Shown: positions 1-8,807 of the stretch, one piece after another
How the letters are laid out: every line of letters begins with the position of its first letter
Position numbering within the stretch: position 1 is the first letter of the stretch
From: an uncultured Elusimicrobia bacterium
GTDB lineage: Bacteria; Elusimicrobiota; Elusimicrobia; Elusimicrobiales; Elusimicrobiaceae
Direction: 5' to 3'
Assembly (NCBI GenBank): GCA_945913025.1
Contig: CAMECJ010000003.1
Coordinates: forward strand, 103,746 to 167,745
Length of the DNA stretch: 64,000 nt
Notes under the pieces: model-generated
What the model was told of the DNA's origin: nothing
Seen by the model: only the letters and a program-made list of their open reading frames with translations
Database searches by the model: none
Program-made: the position numbers and the translations under genes

Positions 1-798
1 TTCAAACGTACCGGCCGATTCCGGCGCGAACAGTTTGTCTTTTTTATTGAATTTTTTATGCAGTGCTTCGTCCAAGCGCACAATTAAATGAGAAGACGCG
101 CGGTTTGCATTGTTGCCCAAGTGCGGCAGCGACGCGTGCGCCTGCTTTCCGGAAACGGTAAATTTCAGCCACAGAATGTTCTTCTCGGCGATTTCCACCA
201 TCGTTCCGTCCTCGTTTCCGCCGTCCGGCACAAGGAAAACGTCGTCTTTGCCGAAGGTTTTGGCGTGTTTTTTCAAAATCGCAGAGATGCCGAACGCGCT
301 TCCGATTTCTTCGTCCGCATTAAACAATAAAGCAAATGTGCACGGCGGGCGGACGCCGCAGTCCATCATCGCTTTGACGGCCAGCAGGCCCGACACCACG
401 CCTTGGTGGTTGTCCTCGGAACCGCGCCCGTAAATTTTATCCCCTTTTACCACCGCTTTGTGCGGATCGGTTTTCCACAGTCCCAAATCCCCGGGGGGCA
501 CCACGTCCAAATGCGCCATCACCCACAAGGTTTTCTTCTTGTTTTGGCCGTAGTATTTGGCGACGATGTTGGGGCGCACGCCGCCTTCGGCTTGGGGATC
601 TTTGACTTCAATAACGGAAATTTCGTCAAATTTCATCTGTTTCAGAACGGACATCAAATACGCGGCTTTCGCGCCTTCCCCCTTTCCGCCCTGTGTCGGG
701 GAAATTGCCGGAAGGGCAATCATATTGGTTTGCAAATCAATGACCGTTTGCTTATACGTATCAATTTTCTTAAATAATTCTTTTTCCGTGTTTTCCAT
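1..798 (-). CDS. M20 family metallohydrolase (ArgE/DapE-like), runs off the window start
   Basis: Hand translation from ATG at 798: MENTEKELFKKID...LWVMAHLDVVPPGD...IYGRGSEDNHQG, with M20 HxD and GRG-xxD motifs. Absent from the ORF track because it has no stop in the window. Confidence 0.85.
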   Translation of the reverse strand, partial: MENTEKELFKKIDTYKQTVIDLQTNMIALPAISPTQGGKGEGAKAAYLMSVLKQMKFDEISVIEVKDPQAEGGVRPNIVAKYYGQNKKKTLWVMAHLDVVPPGDLGLWKTDPHKAVVKGDKIYGRGSEDNHQGVVSGLLAVKAMMDCGVRPPCTFALLFNADEEIGSAFGISAILKKHAKTFGKDDVFLVPDGGNEDGTMVEIAEKNILWLKFTVSGKQAHASLPHLGNNANRASSHLIVRLDEALHKKFNKKDKLFAPESAGTFE

Positions 799-821
799 AT
801 TCTTCCTCCGTTCCAAAAACC

Positions 822-1571
822 TTATAAAGGGTTGGGTACGTCTATAAATTGGGTAAGTACGTTAAAACGCTTCGCCACCAGTTCCATCAGGGCCAGCACG
901 CCAGCCGTTTCCGAATTGTAATGCCCAAGCGCAATACAGTTGATATGCCCTTCGCGGCACCATTCCTGCGCGGGTTCGTCCAAAATTCCGGTAACGTATA
1001 AATCGGCCTTTTGGGCAATCGCCTGCGGCAGCAAATCGCCCGCGCCGCCGCTGACTACGGCCACCGAACCGATTTCTTTCGGGCCGTACGATAATACGGA
1101 CGCTTTCGTCCGGCAGAAGCTCTCCAACCGGCCGACCAGCTCGTCCAACGGGGCGTTTACCACGCCCGAAAATCCAATCGTCTGGCCGTGATATTCCCCA
1201 AACGGCTGTACGCGTTCAGCTTTCAGCGCGCGCATCAGGCAAGCATTATGCCCCACTACGGGGTGTTTATCAAGCGGCAAGTGATAAGCGGCCAGATTTA
1301 AATCGTTTTTTAAGAGGAAAGCCAACCGCTCGCGGAAAAGTCCCGTAATGGGCTGTTCTTTCCCCCACAAAAGGCCGTGATGTACGACGGCGAGGTCCGC
1401 CCCCGCCGCACGGGCTTTGCGAAAGAACTCCAGCGAAGCCGATACGCCAAACGCAATACTGCCCACGCGCGGAGTACCCGCCACCTGCAGGCCATTGCGG
1501 CTGGCGTCCGGAATACGGGCAATGTCCAAATACGTATCTAAAAAGTGAATAACGTCTTCGCAATTAACCAT
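822..1571 (-). CDS. Nif3-like dinuclear metal centre protein (YbgI family)
   Basis: NGLQV, VVHHG, AYHLPLDKHP and GHYNSE motifs. Confidence 0.9.
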   Translation of the reverse strand: MVNCEDVIHFLDTYLDIARIPDASRNGLQVAGTPRVGSIAFGVSASLEFFRKARAAGADLAVVHHGLLWGKEQPITGLFRERLAFLLKNDLNLAAYHLPLDKHPVVGHNACLMRALKAERVQPFGEYHGQTIGFSGVVNAPLDELVGRLESFCRTKASVLSYGPKEIGSVAVVSGGAGDLLPQAIAQKADLYVTGILDEPAQEWCREGHINCIALGHYNSETAGVLALMELVAKRFNVLTQFIDVPNPL

Positions 1572-1596
1572 AGATTTATGTTATCATTTTATAAGG

Positions 1597-3534
1597 ATGA
1601 AAAGAATTCTTTTTTTGCTGATTTTCCCCCTATTTTTGTCTATAAGCAATATTTGCGCCGCCATTCCCGCAGCGCTTTATCTGCCCGCTCAGGCACAACA
1701 GCTTGAAAAAGGCCCCGCCATTACCGTCCAATATCCGCACGAAAATATGACGGTGGCGCGCGGAGCCAAAAAGATTTTTATCTTCGGCCAAGTTACGCTT
1801 CCCCCGCCCGTAAAACTAGATATCAACGGCGAAGAAATCCCCGTCCGCCCAAACGGCGCTTTTCTGGCTTTTTTGCCCGTGCAGAGCGGCGCGTTTGAAT
1901 TTGTGCTGACGGCTTCCAACGGCAGTGAAATACTGCAAGCCGTCCGCCGGATTACAGTCCCGGGGGCGGACATTCAAGATTTTTCCGACAAAGCCGAATT
2001 CGATTCCGAAGAAATCTTCCCCCAAAAACCCGTGGAACTGGCGGCGGGAGACACCGTCAGCCTCTATGCGCGCGGCACCGCCGGCGCCTCCGTAACCGTT
2101 ACGCTTTCGGGGTTAAAAGACGGTAAGAATCTGCCGATGAAAGAGGACGTTTCGTCCCCCGGGTCGTACCGGACCCAATACGTTATTTCCCCAGACCAAA
2201 AACCCAAAACGGCGAAAATTACCTACCGGATGAAAGACGGCCCCGACGGTTCGTCCGCCAAAATTACCGCGCCGGAAAAGCTGAAAGTGCTTTCCGCCAA
2301 AGATCCTTTTACCCGCGCAACAATCATCAACGACGGCATAAAATTGCGTAAAATCCCCACCCCGCGCGAGAACTTATATCCGTTCTACCGTGCATACGGG
2401 AGCGTTCTCATCAATGGGAGAATGAACGGACAATACCGCATTGCGCTAAACGACAGGGAATCCGCGTGGCTCGAACAAACCAATTTTAAAACGGAATCCG
2501 CCCGAGATTATACGCCGAACCGGATTACGCAGCTGCGTATGAATACGGCGGATGATAAAACGCGGTTTGTTTTTCACGGGGAGCGGAAAATCCCCATCAG
2601 CGTACACGAATATAATGACCGCCTTGAATTGGCCTTGTATTACACGGACCAATTTGATGAAAATTTCAGTATGGACGCTACCAGCCCGCTGGTGGAAAAC
2701 ATTGTATGGTCCCAACCCGCCAAAGATACGCTGCTGTTTAAAATTTATTTCAAAAAAGGCGCCGCGCCGTGGGGGCATGCTTATGATTTTGAAGAAAACA
2801 ATCTGGTGTTGGATTTAATCCACACCCCCGTTTTAACGCCGACGCCCGACAAACCGCTTGCCGGCGCGCGGATTTTGATTGACGCGGGCCACAGCCCCCG
2901 CCGCCAGCCCCCGTACGACGGAGCCGTCGGCCCTACGGGATATTTGGAATACGAAGCCAATCTGGCCTTGGCCGAAGAATTAAAACCGCTTTTGGAACGG
3001 GAAGGCGCCACCGTGCTGATGACGCGCGAAGGCTCTAACCGCAAAAGCCTGCAGGAGCGGTACAAATACGCGCTCCAAGAAAATGCGCATATTTTTGTCA
3101 GCCTGCATTACAACGCTTTGCCGGAAACGGTCAATCCGCTCTCTCGCGCGCGCGGATTTTCGGTATATTATAATTATCCGCACAGTTTCCGGCTGGCCCA
3201 GTCTGTTTACGATGCCTTTACCAAACGGGTCAATTTGCCGGACAACGGAATGATCGCCAACGACGTGCTTTTTATCCCGCGTATTCCGCAAATGCCCAGT
3301 ATTTTAGTGGAAAACGCCTATATTATTCTGCCGGAACAGGAAGAAATGGCGCGCAGTAAAAAAGGCAGGGAGCCCTTGGTGCGCGCGTTATACGAAGGCA
3401 TTATGAATTTTTACGGAGCCGAGCCCCGCCCGTCTAAAAAAACCGCCAAACGCCGCGCATTTCGCAAACCGATGAAAAAAGCGATACTGCTGCCCGTTAA
3501 ATCGTCCGCAGAAAAAACCGCAAAACACAAATGA
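1597..3534 (+). CDS. N-acetylmuramoyl-L-alanine amidase (Amidase_3) with long N-terminal region
   Basis: Signal peptide; ILIDAGH, E...NL, FVSLHYNA and ILVENAY motifs. Confidence 0.9.
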   Translation: MKRILFLLIFPLFLSISNICAAIPAALYLPAQAQQLEKGPAITVQYPHENMTVARGAKKIFIFGQVTLPPPVKLDINGEEIPVRPNGAFLAFLPVQSGAFEFVLTASNGSEILQAVRRITVPGADIQDFSDKAEFDSEEIFPQKPVELAAGDTVSLYARGTAGASVTVTLSGLKDGKNLPMKEDVSSPGSYRTQYVISPDQKPKTAKITYRMKDGPDGSSAKITAPEKLKVLSAKDPFTRATIINDGIKLRKIPTPRENLYPFYRAYGSVLINGRMNGQYRIALNDRESAWLEQTNFKTESARDYTPNRITQLRMNTADDKTRFVFHGERKIPISVHEYNDRLELALYYTDQFDENFSMDATSPLVENIVWSQPAKDTLLFKIYFKKGAAPWGHAYDFEENNLVLDLIHTPVLTPTPDKPLAGARILIDAGHSPRRQPPYDGAVGPTGYLEYEANLALAEELKPLLEREGATVLMTREGSNRKSLQERYKYALQENAHIFVSLHYNALPETVNPLSRARGFSVYYNYPHSFRLAQSVYDAFTKRVNLPDNGMIANDVLFIPRIPQMPSILVENAYIILPEQEEMARSKKGREPLVRALYEGIMNFYGAEPRPSKKTAKRRAFRKPMKKAILLPVKSSAEKTAKHK

Positions 3535-3580
3535 AAAACACTCCGCAAAAAACGGAGCGTTTAGGTTACCCAAAAATTTT

Positions 3581-4189
3581 CTAAAAACGAATACCGGCGC
3601 GAACGGACGCTTCGGCTTCCCAACGGGAAGTCAAATACGAAATCCGGCCCAGTTCCGCACTCGTGTTATAAATACCGCGCAGTTCAAGCCCGACAAAACA
3701 CGCATCGGCCACGTCGGTTTCTATCCCAACGCCGAACGCAAAATAAGCGGATTTTTTGCTTTCTGTAAGTCCCACGGAATACTCTGCTTTCCGACGGTTT
3801 ACCCCTGCCGCCAAGATGCCGTAAGATCGGGTGGCCGTATCGCTGGCGGCCACAAATTTTGCCGCCGCCCCAAAGTGAAACACTGTATATTTGTCCACCA
3901 ACGGACGACCGCTGGTTGGGAAAAACCACGTTCCCTCCGGCCCGACGCCAAACCAAGGCGTCAAATAATACAGTGCGCGGGCGGATACGCCGCCTTGCAA
4001 ATTAAGCAACCGTTCGCCGTCGGTTTCTTGCAGGGGAGAATACGCTCCGGTCAGCCCCAGAGAAACCTCCCACGGGAAAATAACGGAAGGTTCTTGGGGA
4101 TAGTAACCGCTGCCGGCGGTATAAATTTGAGAGAACGCAAAGGCAGGAAAGGAAAACAATAGACAAACCAACAACGCAAATTTTTTCAT
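3581..4189 (-). CDS. Outer-membrane beta-barrel (porin/OmpA-like) protein
   Basis: Start moved to MKKFALLVC at 4189, which gives a signal peptide; alternating beta-strand pattern; C-terminal VRAGIRF. Confidence 0.7.
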   Translation of the reverse strand: MKKFALLVCLLFSFPAFAFSQIYTAGSGYYPQEPSVIFPWEVSLGLTGAYSPLQETDGERLLNLQGGVSARALYYLTPWFGVGPEGTWFFPTSGRPLVDKYTVFHFGAAAKFVAASDTATRSYGILAAGVNRRKAEYSVGLTESKKSAYFAFGVGIETDVADACFVGLELRGIYNTSAELGRISYLTSRWEAEASVRAGIRF

Positions 4190-4602
4190 ATTGTATATTG
4201 TAATAAGATGTCCGGCGGCGAATAAATACTGCAATAGGGTTAGAATAAAAAGATGACAAACGATAATGAAATTTTTATAACAAAAGTATCCTGACTTATT
4301 GAAGGAATTTGTTAGTAAAAAAATAAGCCTTAAACGCGGCTTATACACCATTTGATTCTGTTTTTGGAACCGTATGCGGAATACGGTGCGCTTTTGGGAT
4401 ACCAAAGGCATAAGAGAAGTCCAAAAACAGTCGTTTTTAGGCACGAAGCAAACGGACTAATTACCCGTTTGTTTCGTGCTGAGTGTTTCCCGCCGTATTT
4501 TATACGACGGGAAACCACGGCTGTTACTTTTTGGGTTACTTCTCTTAGCTCAAATATAACAGCCGTTTTTATTTGCCCGAAAACAGAACAAGGAGAAAAA
4601 AG

Positions 4603-5136
4603 ATGAAGAAATCGGGCTTTACACTAATTGAATTATTAGTGGTGGTACTCATTATCGGTATTTTGGCGGCAGTAGCATTGCCGCAGTATGAAAAGGCGGT
4701 GGCAAAAACGAAAATGTCTACCCTAATTCCAATGGTGCGGGGATTAAAAGACGGTATGGAGATGTACTACCTGTATAACGGAGCCTATTTACAAGAAGTG
4801 TCGCCTTCCGAAGAATACGCCTTTGATATAGACATGTTTTCCGGCTGTACGGCCTCCAATACATTAAGTTGGATTCGCTGTCCCGAAAAGTCTTTAGTAT
4901 TTGACCGCTTGGATTGCACCAAACAAACGGTAGCAGGCACAAACACAAAAGAACATGTGGCTTATTTGATGTGGCTGGACCATTCCGAAAAACCCGGAGA
5001 AATACGCTGTATTGCCGAAGAATCAAACCATACAGCCAATTCGGTATGCAAATCTATGGGAGGAACCGTGGTTTCCGGCGAAAGTTATTGTATGTCCGGG
5101 CAAGTAGGCAAAAGCGTAACAATTTATAAATTGTAA
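4603..5136 (+). CDS. Type IV pilin-like protein 1 (prepilin N-terminal methylation domain)
   Basis: AGGAG RBS; MKKSG|[24 protein letters not shown]; Cys-rich variable C-terminus. Confidence 0.9.
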   Translation: MKKSGFTLIELLVVVLIIGILAAVALPQYEKAVAKTKMSTLIPMVRGLKDGMEMYYLYNGAYLQEVSPSEEYAFDIDMFSGCTASNTLSWIRCPEKSLVFDRLDCTKQTVAGTNTKEHVAYLMWLDHSEKPGEIRCIAEESNHTANSVCKSMGGTVVSGESYCMSGQVGKSVTIYKL

Positions 5137-5270
5137 AGGAATTTAGATACGCCGCCCGGAACGCAACGCGCGTCATTTGCCGCTTCGGCTTTTCACTCTG
5201 CTCAAACAAAAACATCGCTCCGGCTTTCAAGTCCTGGACGCAAGCAAAGCAGTTTGCTTGCTTGGACATA

Positions 5271-5306
5271 AAAATTTAACCCTGCCGTAAAGGCAGGGTA
5301 AATTTT
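5271..5306. terminator. Bidirectional intrinsic terminator between pilin 1 and the CAT tRNA
   Basis: AAAATTTA-A-CCCTGCC/GTAAA/GGCAGGG-TAAATTTT. Confidence 0.75.
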
Positions 5307-5308
5307 AC

Positions 5309-5382
5309 TGCGCCCACCAGGACTTGAACCTGGAACCCACCGATTATGAGTCGGTTGCTCTAACCGATTGAGCTATAGGCGC
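5309..5382 (-). tRNA. tRNA with CAT anticodon, probably tRNA-Ile2 (lysidine); CCA not encoded
   Basis: Cloverleaf GCGCCTATAGCTCAATCGG...ACCGA-CTCATAA-TCGGT...TTCAAGTCC. C4/C5 in the acceptor stem resemble Ile2 rather than elongator Met. Confidence 0.85.
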
Positions 5383-5479
5383 TCAATCTTTTTTTATTAT
5401 AACAAAATTAGTGCACTGTGTGGAATGAAAAAGAAAAAGTTTCCCTTTTAAAAAAAATGTGCTAAAATATTTATGTTAA

Positions 5480-5553
5480 TCCGGGATGGTGTAATGGTAA
5501 CACGGATGCCTCTGGAGCATTAATTCTAGGTTCGAGTCCTAGTCCCGGAACCA
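5480..5553 (+). tRNA. tRNA-Gln(CTG)
   Basis: TCCGGGATGGTGTAATGG...GATGC-CTCTGGA-GCATT...GGTTCGAGTCC...CCA. Confidence 0.95.
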
Positions 5554-5559
5554 GATTTC

Positions 5560-5587
5560 AAACCGCCTTTTTTGGGGCGGTTTTTTT
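5560..5587 (+). terminator. Terminator after tRNA-Gln
   Basis: AAACCGCC...GGCGGTTT followed by a T run. Confidence 0.7.
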
Positions 5588-5641
5588 GTTCAGGGAAGCA
5601 GACCGACTGCTTGGTCTGCGGCTAGGACGAGAAAGCCGGAG

Positions 5642-5667
5642 CCCGTATTACGACCGTACGGGATGAC
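5642..5667 (+). repeat. Half copy of the GTCAT(T/C)CC palindromic element
   Basis: CCCGTATTACGACCGTACGGGATGAC, similar to 24388-24417 and 59843-59871. Confidence 0.6.
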
Positions 5668-5700
5668 GGCATAAAATCCCAGCTGCACCGGAAAAATTTT

Positions 5701-6312
5701 TTATTTCACCGCTGGCCTTAAAATGGATACCACCAACATCGCCTGCCGGTAATCGGTTTTTTCCTGCTCGGAAAGTTTTTCATTTTTTTCCAACAATTCA
5801 GCCGCCGTTTCCCCTTTTGCCGTCTTCATATCCGGATCGGCGCCTGCACGCAGCAGCGTTTTAATGACCGCGGCGGTATTATTCCGCGCAGCCAACGTAA
5901 GCGCCGTCTCTCCCTGCGCATCTGCCAAATTTACATGAGCACCGCCGGCAATTAGTTCTTCCGTTACCGCCGAAAACAAATTATATTTGGCTGCCCGCAT
6001 TAAAGCCGTTCGGCCTTGTTTGTCCGACAAATTTGCATCTGCTCCGGCGGCAAGCAACTGTTGTACGGCTTCAGCATTTTGCGCATGGCGCGCGGCGTAA
6101 AACAGCGCGGTGCGTCCGGTTTTATCACGTGCGTTGACATTATCGGCACGTTTGATAAGTTTCCGCGTTACCTTCAAATCCGCATGTTCCTCTAAAGAAC
6201 GCATCAAAAGCGTAGCGCCGCGCTCGTCCATATCCCGTCCGTGGTAACGGTAAAACGCTCCCGCACCCACCAAAACTAAAACAATCAAAACCCAAACCGT
6301 GTATTTCTTCAT
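5701..6312 (-). CDS. Ankyrin-repeat protein with N-terminal membrane anchor
   Basis: Repeated G-R-T-A-L-x-x-A and GAxVNxxD motifs. Confidence 0.9.
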   Translation of the reverse strand: MKKYTVWVLIVLVLVGAGAFYRYHGRDMDERGATLLMRSLEEHADLKVTRKLIKRADNVNARDKTGRTALFYAARHAQNAEAVQQLLAAGADANLSDKQGRTALMRAAKYNLFSAVTEELIAGGAHVNLADAQGETALTLAARNNTAAVIKTLLRAGADPDMKTAKGETAAELLEKNEKLSEQEKTDYRQAMLVVSILRPAVK

Positions 6313-6397
6313 ATTATTTTATTGTATCATTCTTATCCGCGCCTGCAAATGCCGCAATTTGGTAAAATATTGTTAATACTAATATTGAGGTTTTACG

Positions 6398-7918
6398 ATG
6401 TCTACTGAAAAAACACAACAACCGCAGCACAATAACGCGCTGAACGAAATCATCGCCCAGCGTTACGCCGAAGTGGAAGAAATCCGACAATTGGGAGTGG
6501 CCCCTTATCCCAACCGCTGCGAAAAACAAATTTCCTGTTTGGAAGCCAAAAATTCCGACGAAGGCGCCGAAGCCGTTACCGCCGGACGCTTGGTACAGCT
6601 GCGCTTAATGGGCAAGGCCGCGTTTGCGCACTTGCGCGATTTTTCCGGCCGCGTACAACTCTATATCGCCAAAGACCAGCTGGGCGAAGAACCTTACGCT
6701 TTCTTTAAAAAACACATAGCAGTGGGAGATTTCGTCTCTGCTGCCGGACATATATTCGTAACAAAAACGGGCGAAAAAACCATTAAAGTAACCAAACTGA
6801 CGCTGCTTTCCAAAGCGATCCGCCCCATGCCGGAAAAATACCACGGGTTACAAGACACCGAAGTCCGATTCAGAAAACGCCATTTAGATTTAATCGCCAA
6901 CGAAGAAGTAAAAGATATCTTCATCAAACGCGCCAAAATTATTTCCTCCATACGCCGCACGCTGGACGAAAAAGGTTTCTTGGAAGTGGAAACGCCGATT
7001 CTAAACCCGTCCTCCGGCGGTGCGATTGCACGTCCGTTTGAGACGTTTCACAACGCACTCAAAATGCCGCTTTTTATGCGTATTGCGCTTGAACTGCACC
7101 ACAAACGCTTAATTATCGGCGGAATGGACCGGATTTACGAAATCGGACATATGTTCCGTAACGAAGGTATCGATACTACCCACAACCCCGAATTTACCAT
7201 GATGGAACTGTACCAAGCGTACGGAGACGTCAACACAATGGCAGATTTGTTTGACGAAATTTTAGGAAACGCCGCAAAGGCTATCGGGGTGGAAAAGGTA
7301 AATTTCCGCGGTTACGAAGTGGATTTGCGCCCGCCGTACAAACGCCTCTATATTCCGCAAGCATGGCAGGAAAAATTCGGCCGCGATATCCACGAAGTGT
7401 TAAACGGCCGCCAGTTCAACCGCGCTAAACTGGAAGAAGTCGCCCGCGAACAAGGCGTTAAATTCAGTGCCGACGATTCCGACTCCGCCATTTTTGATGA
7501 ACTGTTCGAAGGCAAGCTGCTGGCTGATTACCACAATCCGGTCATTGCGCTTGATTATCCGACGGCCGTCAGCCCGTTCTCCAAAACCAAACCCAACGAT
7601 CCGGAACTGGTGGAACGCTTTGAAGTGTTCGTGAACGGACAGGAACTCGGCAATGCATACACCGAATTAAATGATCCTGCCGATCAGTTGGCCCGCCTGA
7701 AAGACCAAGCCGCCGCCAAAGCGGTTGCCAAAGGCGAGGACGCCGAAAACGCCGACATTTTGGACGCCGATTACATTGAAGCGATGGAAAGCGGTATGCC
7801 GCCGACGGGCGGAATGGGCATCGGCATTGACCGTATCATTATGATGCTGACCGGACAGGACTCTATCCGCGAAATTATCCTGTTCCCCACGCTTAAAAAA
7901 TTAGACGAAGAAAAATAA
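6398..7918 (+). CDS. lysS: Lysine--tRNA ligase (class II)
   Basis: RLMGKAAFAHL, FLEVETP, FRNEGID...HNPEFT and GMGIGIDR motifs. Confidence 0.98.
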   Translation: MSTEKTQQPQHNNALNEIIAQRYAEVEEIRQLGVAPYPNRCEKQISCLEAKNSDEGAEAVTAGRLVQLRLMGKAAFAHLRDFSGRVQLYIAKDQLGEEPYAFFKKHIAVGDFVSAAGHIFVTKTGEKTIKVTKLTLLSKAIRPMPEKYHGLQDTEVRFRKRHLDLIANEEVKDIFIKRAKIISSIRRTLDEKGFLEVETPILNPSSGGAIARPFETFHNALKMPLFMRIALELHHKRLIIGGMDRIYEIGHMFRNEGIDTTHNPEFTMMELYQAYGDVNTMADLFDEILGNAAKAIGVEKVNFRGYEVDLRPPYKRLYIPQAWQEKFGRDIHEVLNGRQFNRAKLEEVAREQGVKFSADDSDSAIFDELFEGKLLADYHNPVIALDYPTAVSPFSKTKPNDPELVERFEVFVNGQELGNAYTELNDPADQLARLKDQAAAKAVAKGEDAENADILDADYIEAMESGMPPTGGMGIGIDRIIMMLTGQDSIREIILFPTLKKLDEEK

Positions 7919-7929
7919 AATTTAGACGC

Positions 7930-7960
7930 AAAAAAGCCCCGCTTCACCGCGGGGCTTTTT
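7930..7960. terminator. Bidirectional terminator between lysS and pilin 2
   Basis: AAAAAA-GCCCCGC/TTCACC/GCGGGGC-TTTTT. Confidence 0.85.
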
Positions 7961-7975
7961 GATAAACAAGCTTGG

Positions 7976-8623
7976 TTAATCCGCATAGTAACACGCCGCG
8001 TATTGTCCTCCGCATACACAGATATTTCTGTAATCCGAAGTGTATTTTGTAAATCCTAGTTCTTTACAGGAAGTTCCCGTACAAGTACGATACCCTTTGG
8101 TGGAATGTATACCTAAATTAAAATCATATGATCCGCCGCCCTGCCAACGAGCCTCAACTTCGCTTTGCTTATCAGTTTGCGAGCATACAATATATCCGCT
8201 GTATCTAAAATTTTTGGAATCCTTTACGTCAATTGCCAATATTTCACTGGGATTCGTCATATACTCATGTCGGGCATCTGGATTTTCCAAACAATACGCG
8301 GCTACTGCCGTATTAATCGTTTTTAAGTTCGACCACGCTTCCGCCGTACGGCTTTTAAGCACCGCTTTTTGGTATTGCGGGAGAGCAACACTCGCCAAAA
8401 TACCGATAATTAAAACGACAACCAACAGTTCAATCAAGGTAAAACCGGTCTTACTAGGTCCTGCGCCAACGGCCCGTTGGGGACGGTAAAACGTAAAAAT
8501 ATCTCCGTTATCGTCACCCTGAAACCCTGCGGGCCGCCGTTTCAGGGGCCATCCGCACGACTGCATTTTATGAACAACTGGATTCTGAAATAAATTCAGA
8601 ATGACGGCAAATAAACTTTTCAT
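7976..8623 (-). CDS. Type IV pilin-like protein 2 with a 60-aa leader
   Basis: Start MKSLF at 8623 with AGGAG RBS; G|FTLIELL at aa 60; paralog of pilin 5 (AEAWxNLKTxN...YCLENP). Confidence 0.85.
   Translation of the reverse strand: MKSLFAVILNLFQNPVVHKMQSCGWPLKRRPAGFQGDDNGDIFTFYRPQRAVGAGPSKTGFTLIELLVVVLIIGILASVALPQYQKAVLKSRTAEAWSNLKTINTAVAAYCLENPDARHEYMTNPSEILAIDVKDSKNFRYSGYIVCSQTDKQSEVEARWQGGGSYDFNLGIHSTKGYRTCTGTSCKELGFTKYTSDYRNICVCGGQYAACYYAD
8513..8605 (-). repeat. 93-bp palindromic element inside the pilin 2 leader coding sequence
   Basis: Ends GTCATTCTGAATTTATTTCAGAATCC and CCCTGAAAC...GTTTCAGGGTGAC; 31 codons, in frame. Confidence 0.75.
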
Positions 8624-8644
8624 TTTATTTCTCCTGTCAAAAAA

Positions 8645-8735
8645 GTCATCCCGAAAGGTTTCCAAGCAAAATTTACCGCTTTTAACAAAATAAACCATAA
8701 TCGGAAGATCCCATACAGAAACACTACGGGATGAC
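8645..8735. repeat. MITE-like element with perfect 9-bp terminal inverted repeats
   Basis: GTCATCCCG at 8645 and CGGGATGAC ending at 8735. Confidence 0.7.
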
Positions 8736-8738
8736 CCC

Positions 8739-8765
8739 AGTTTATCAAAAAAAAAAACAATACAA
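8739..8765 (-). promoter_or_regulatory. Poly-T-spacer promoter of pilin 2 (T11, 15-bp spacer)
   Basis: Minus strand TTGTAT-TG-T11-GA-TAAACT; A run at 8747-8757. Confidence 0.6.
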
Positions 8766-8807
8766 GCCCTCCCAAAAAACTCCGCTCAAATAAAGTACAA
8801 TATACCT

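Noticed and set aside
88-847. Plus-strand ORFs 88-330, 110-433, 403-777 and 557-847, and similar short antisense ORFs throughout the track
   Set aside because: They are shadows of real genes on the opposite strand (here the M20 hydrolase at 1-798) with no motifs or RBS.
4190-4444. Upstream extensions of track ORFs (3581-4444, 7976-8698, 38607-39902, 44920-45507 and others)
   Set aside because: Downstream ATGs give signal or leader peptides, several with a clear RBS. The extensions read through AT-rich or repeat DNA.
5226-5328. 12-bp match TTCAAGTCCTGG (5226-5237) to the T-arm of the CAT tRNA, as a possible att-site remnant
   Set aside because: It is inverted relative to the tRNA, whereas attL/attR duplications are direct. 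It is short and there is no integrase.
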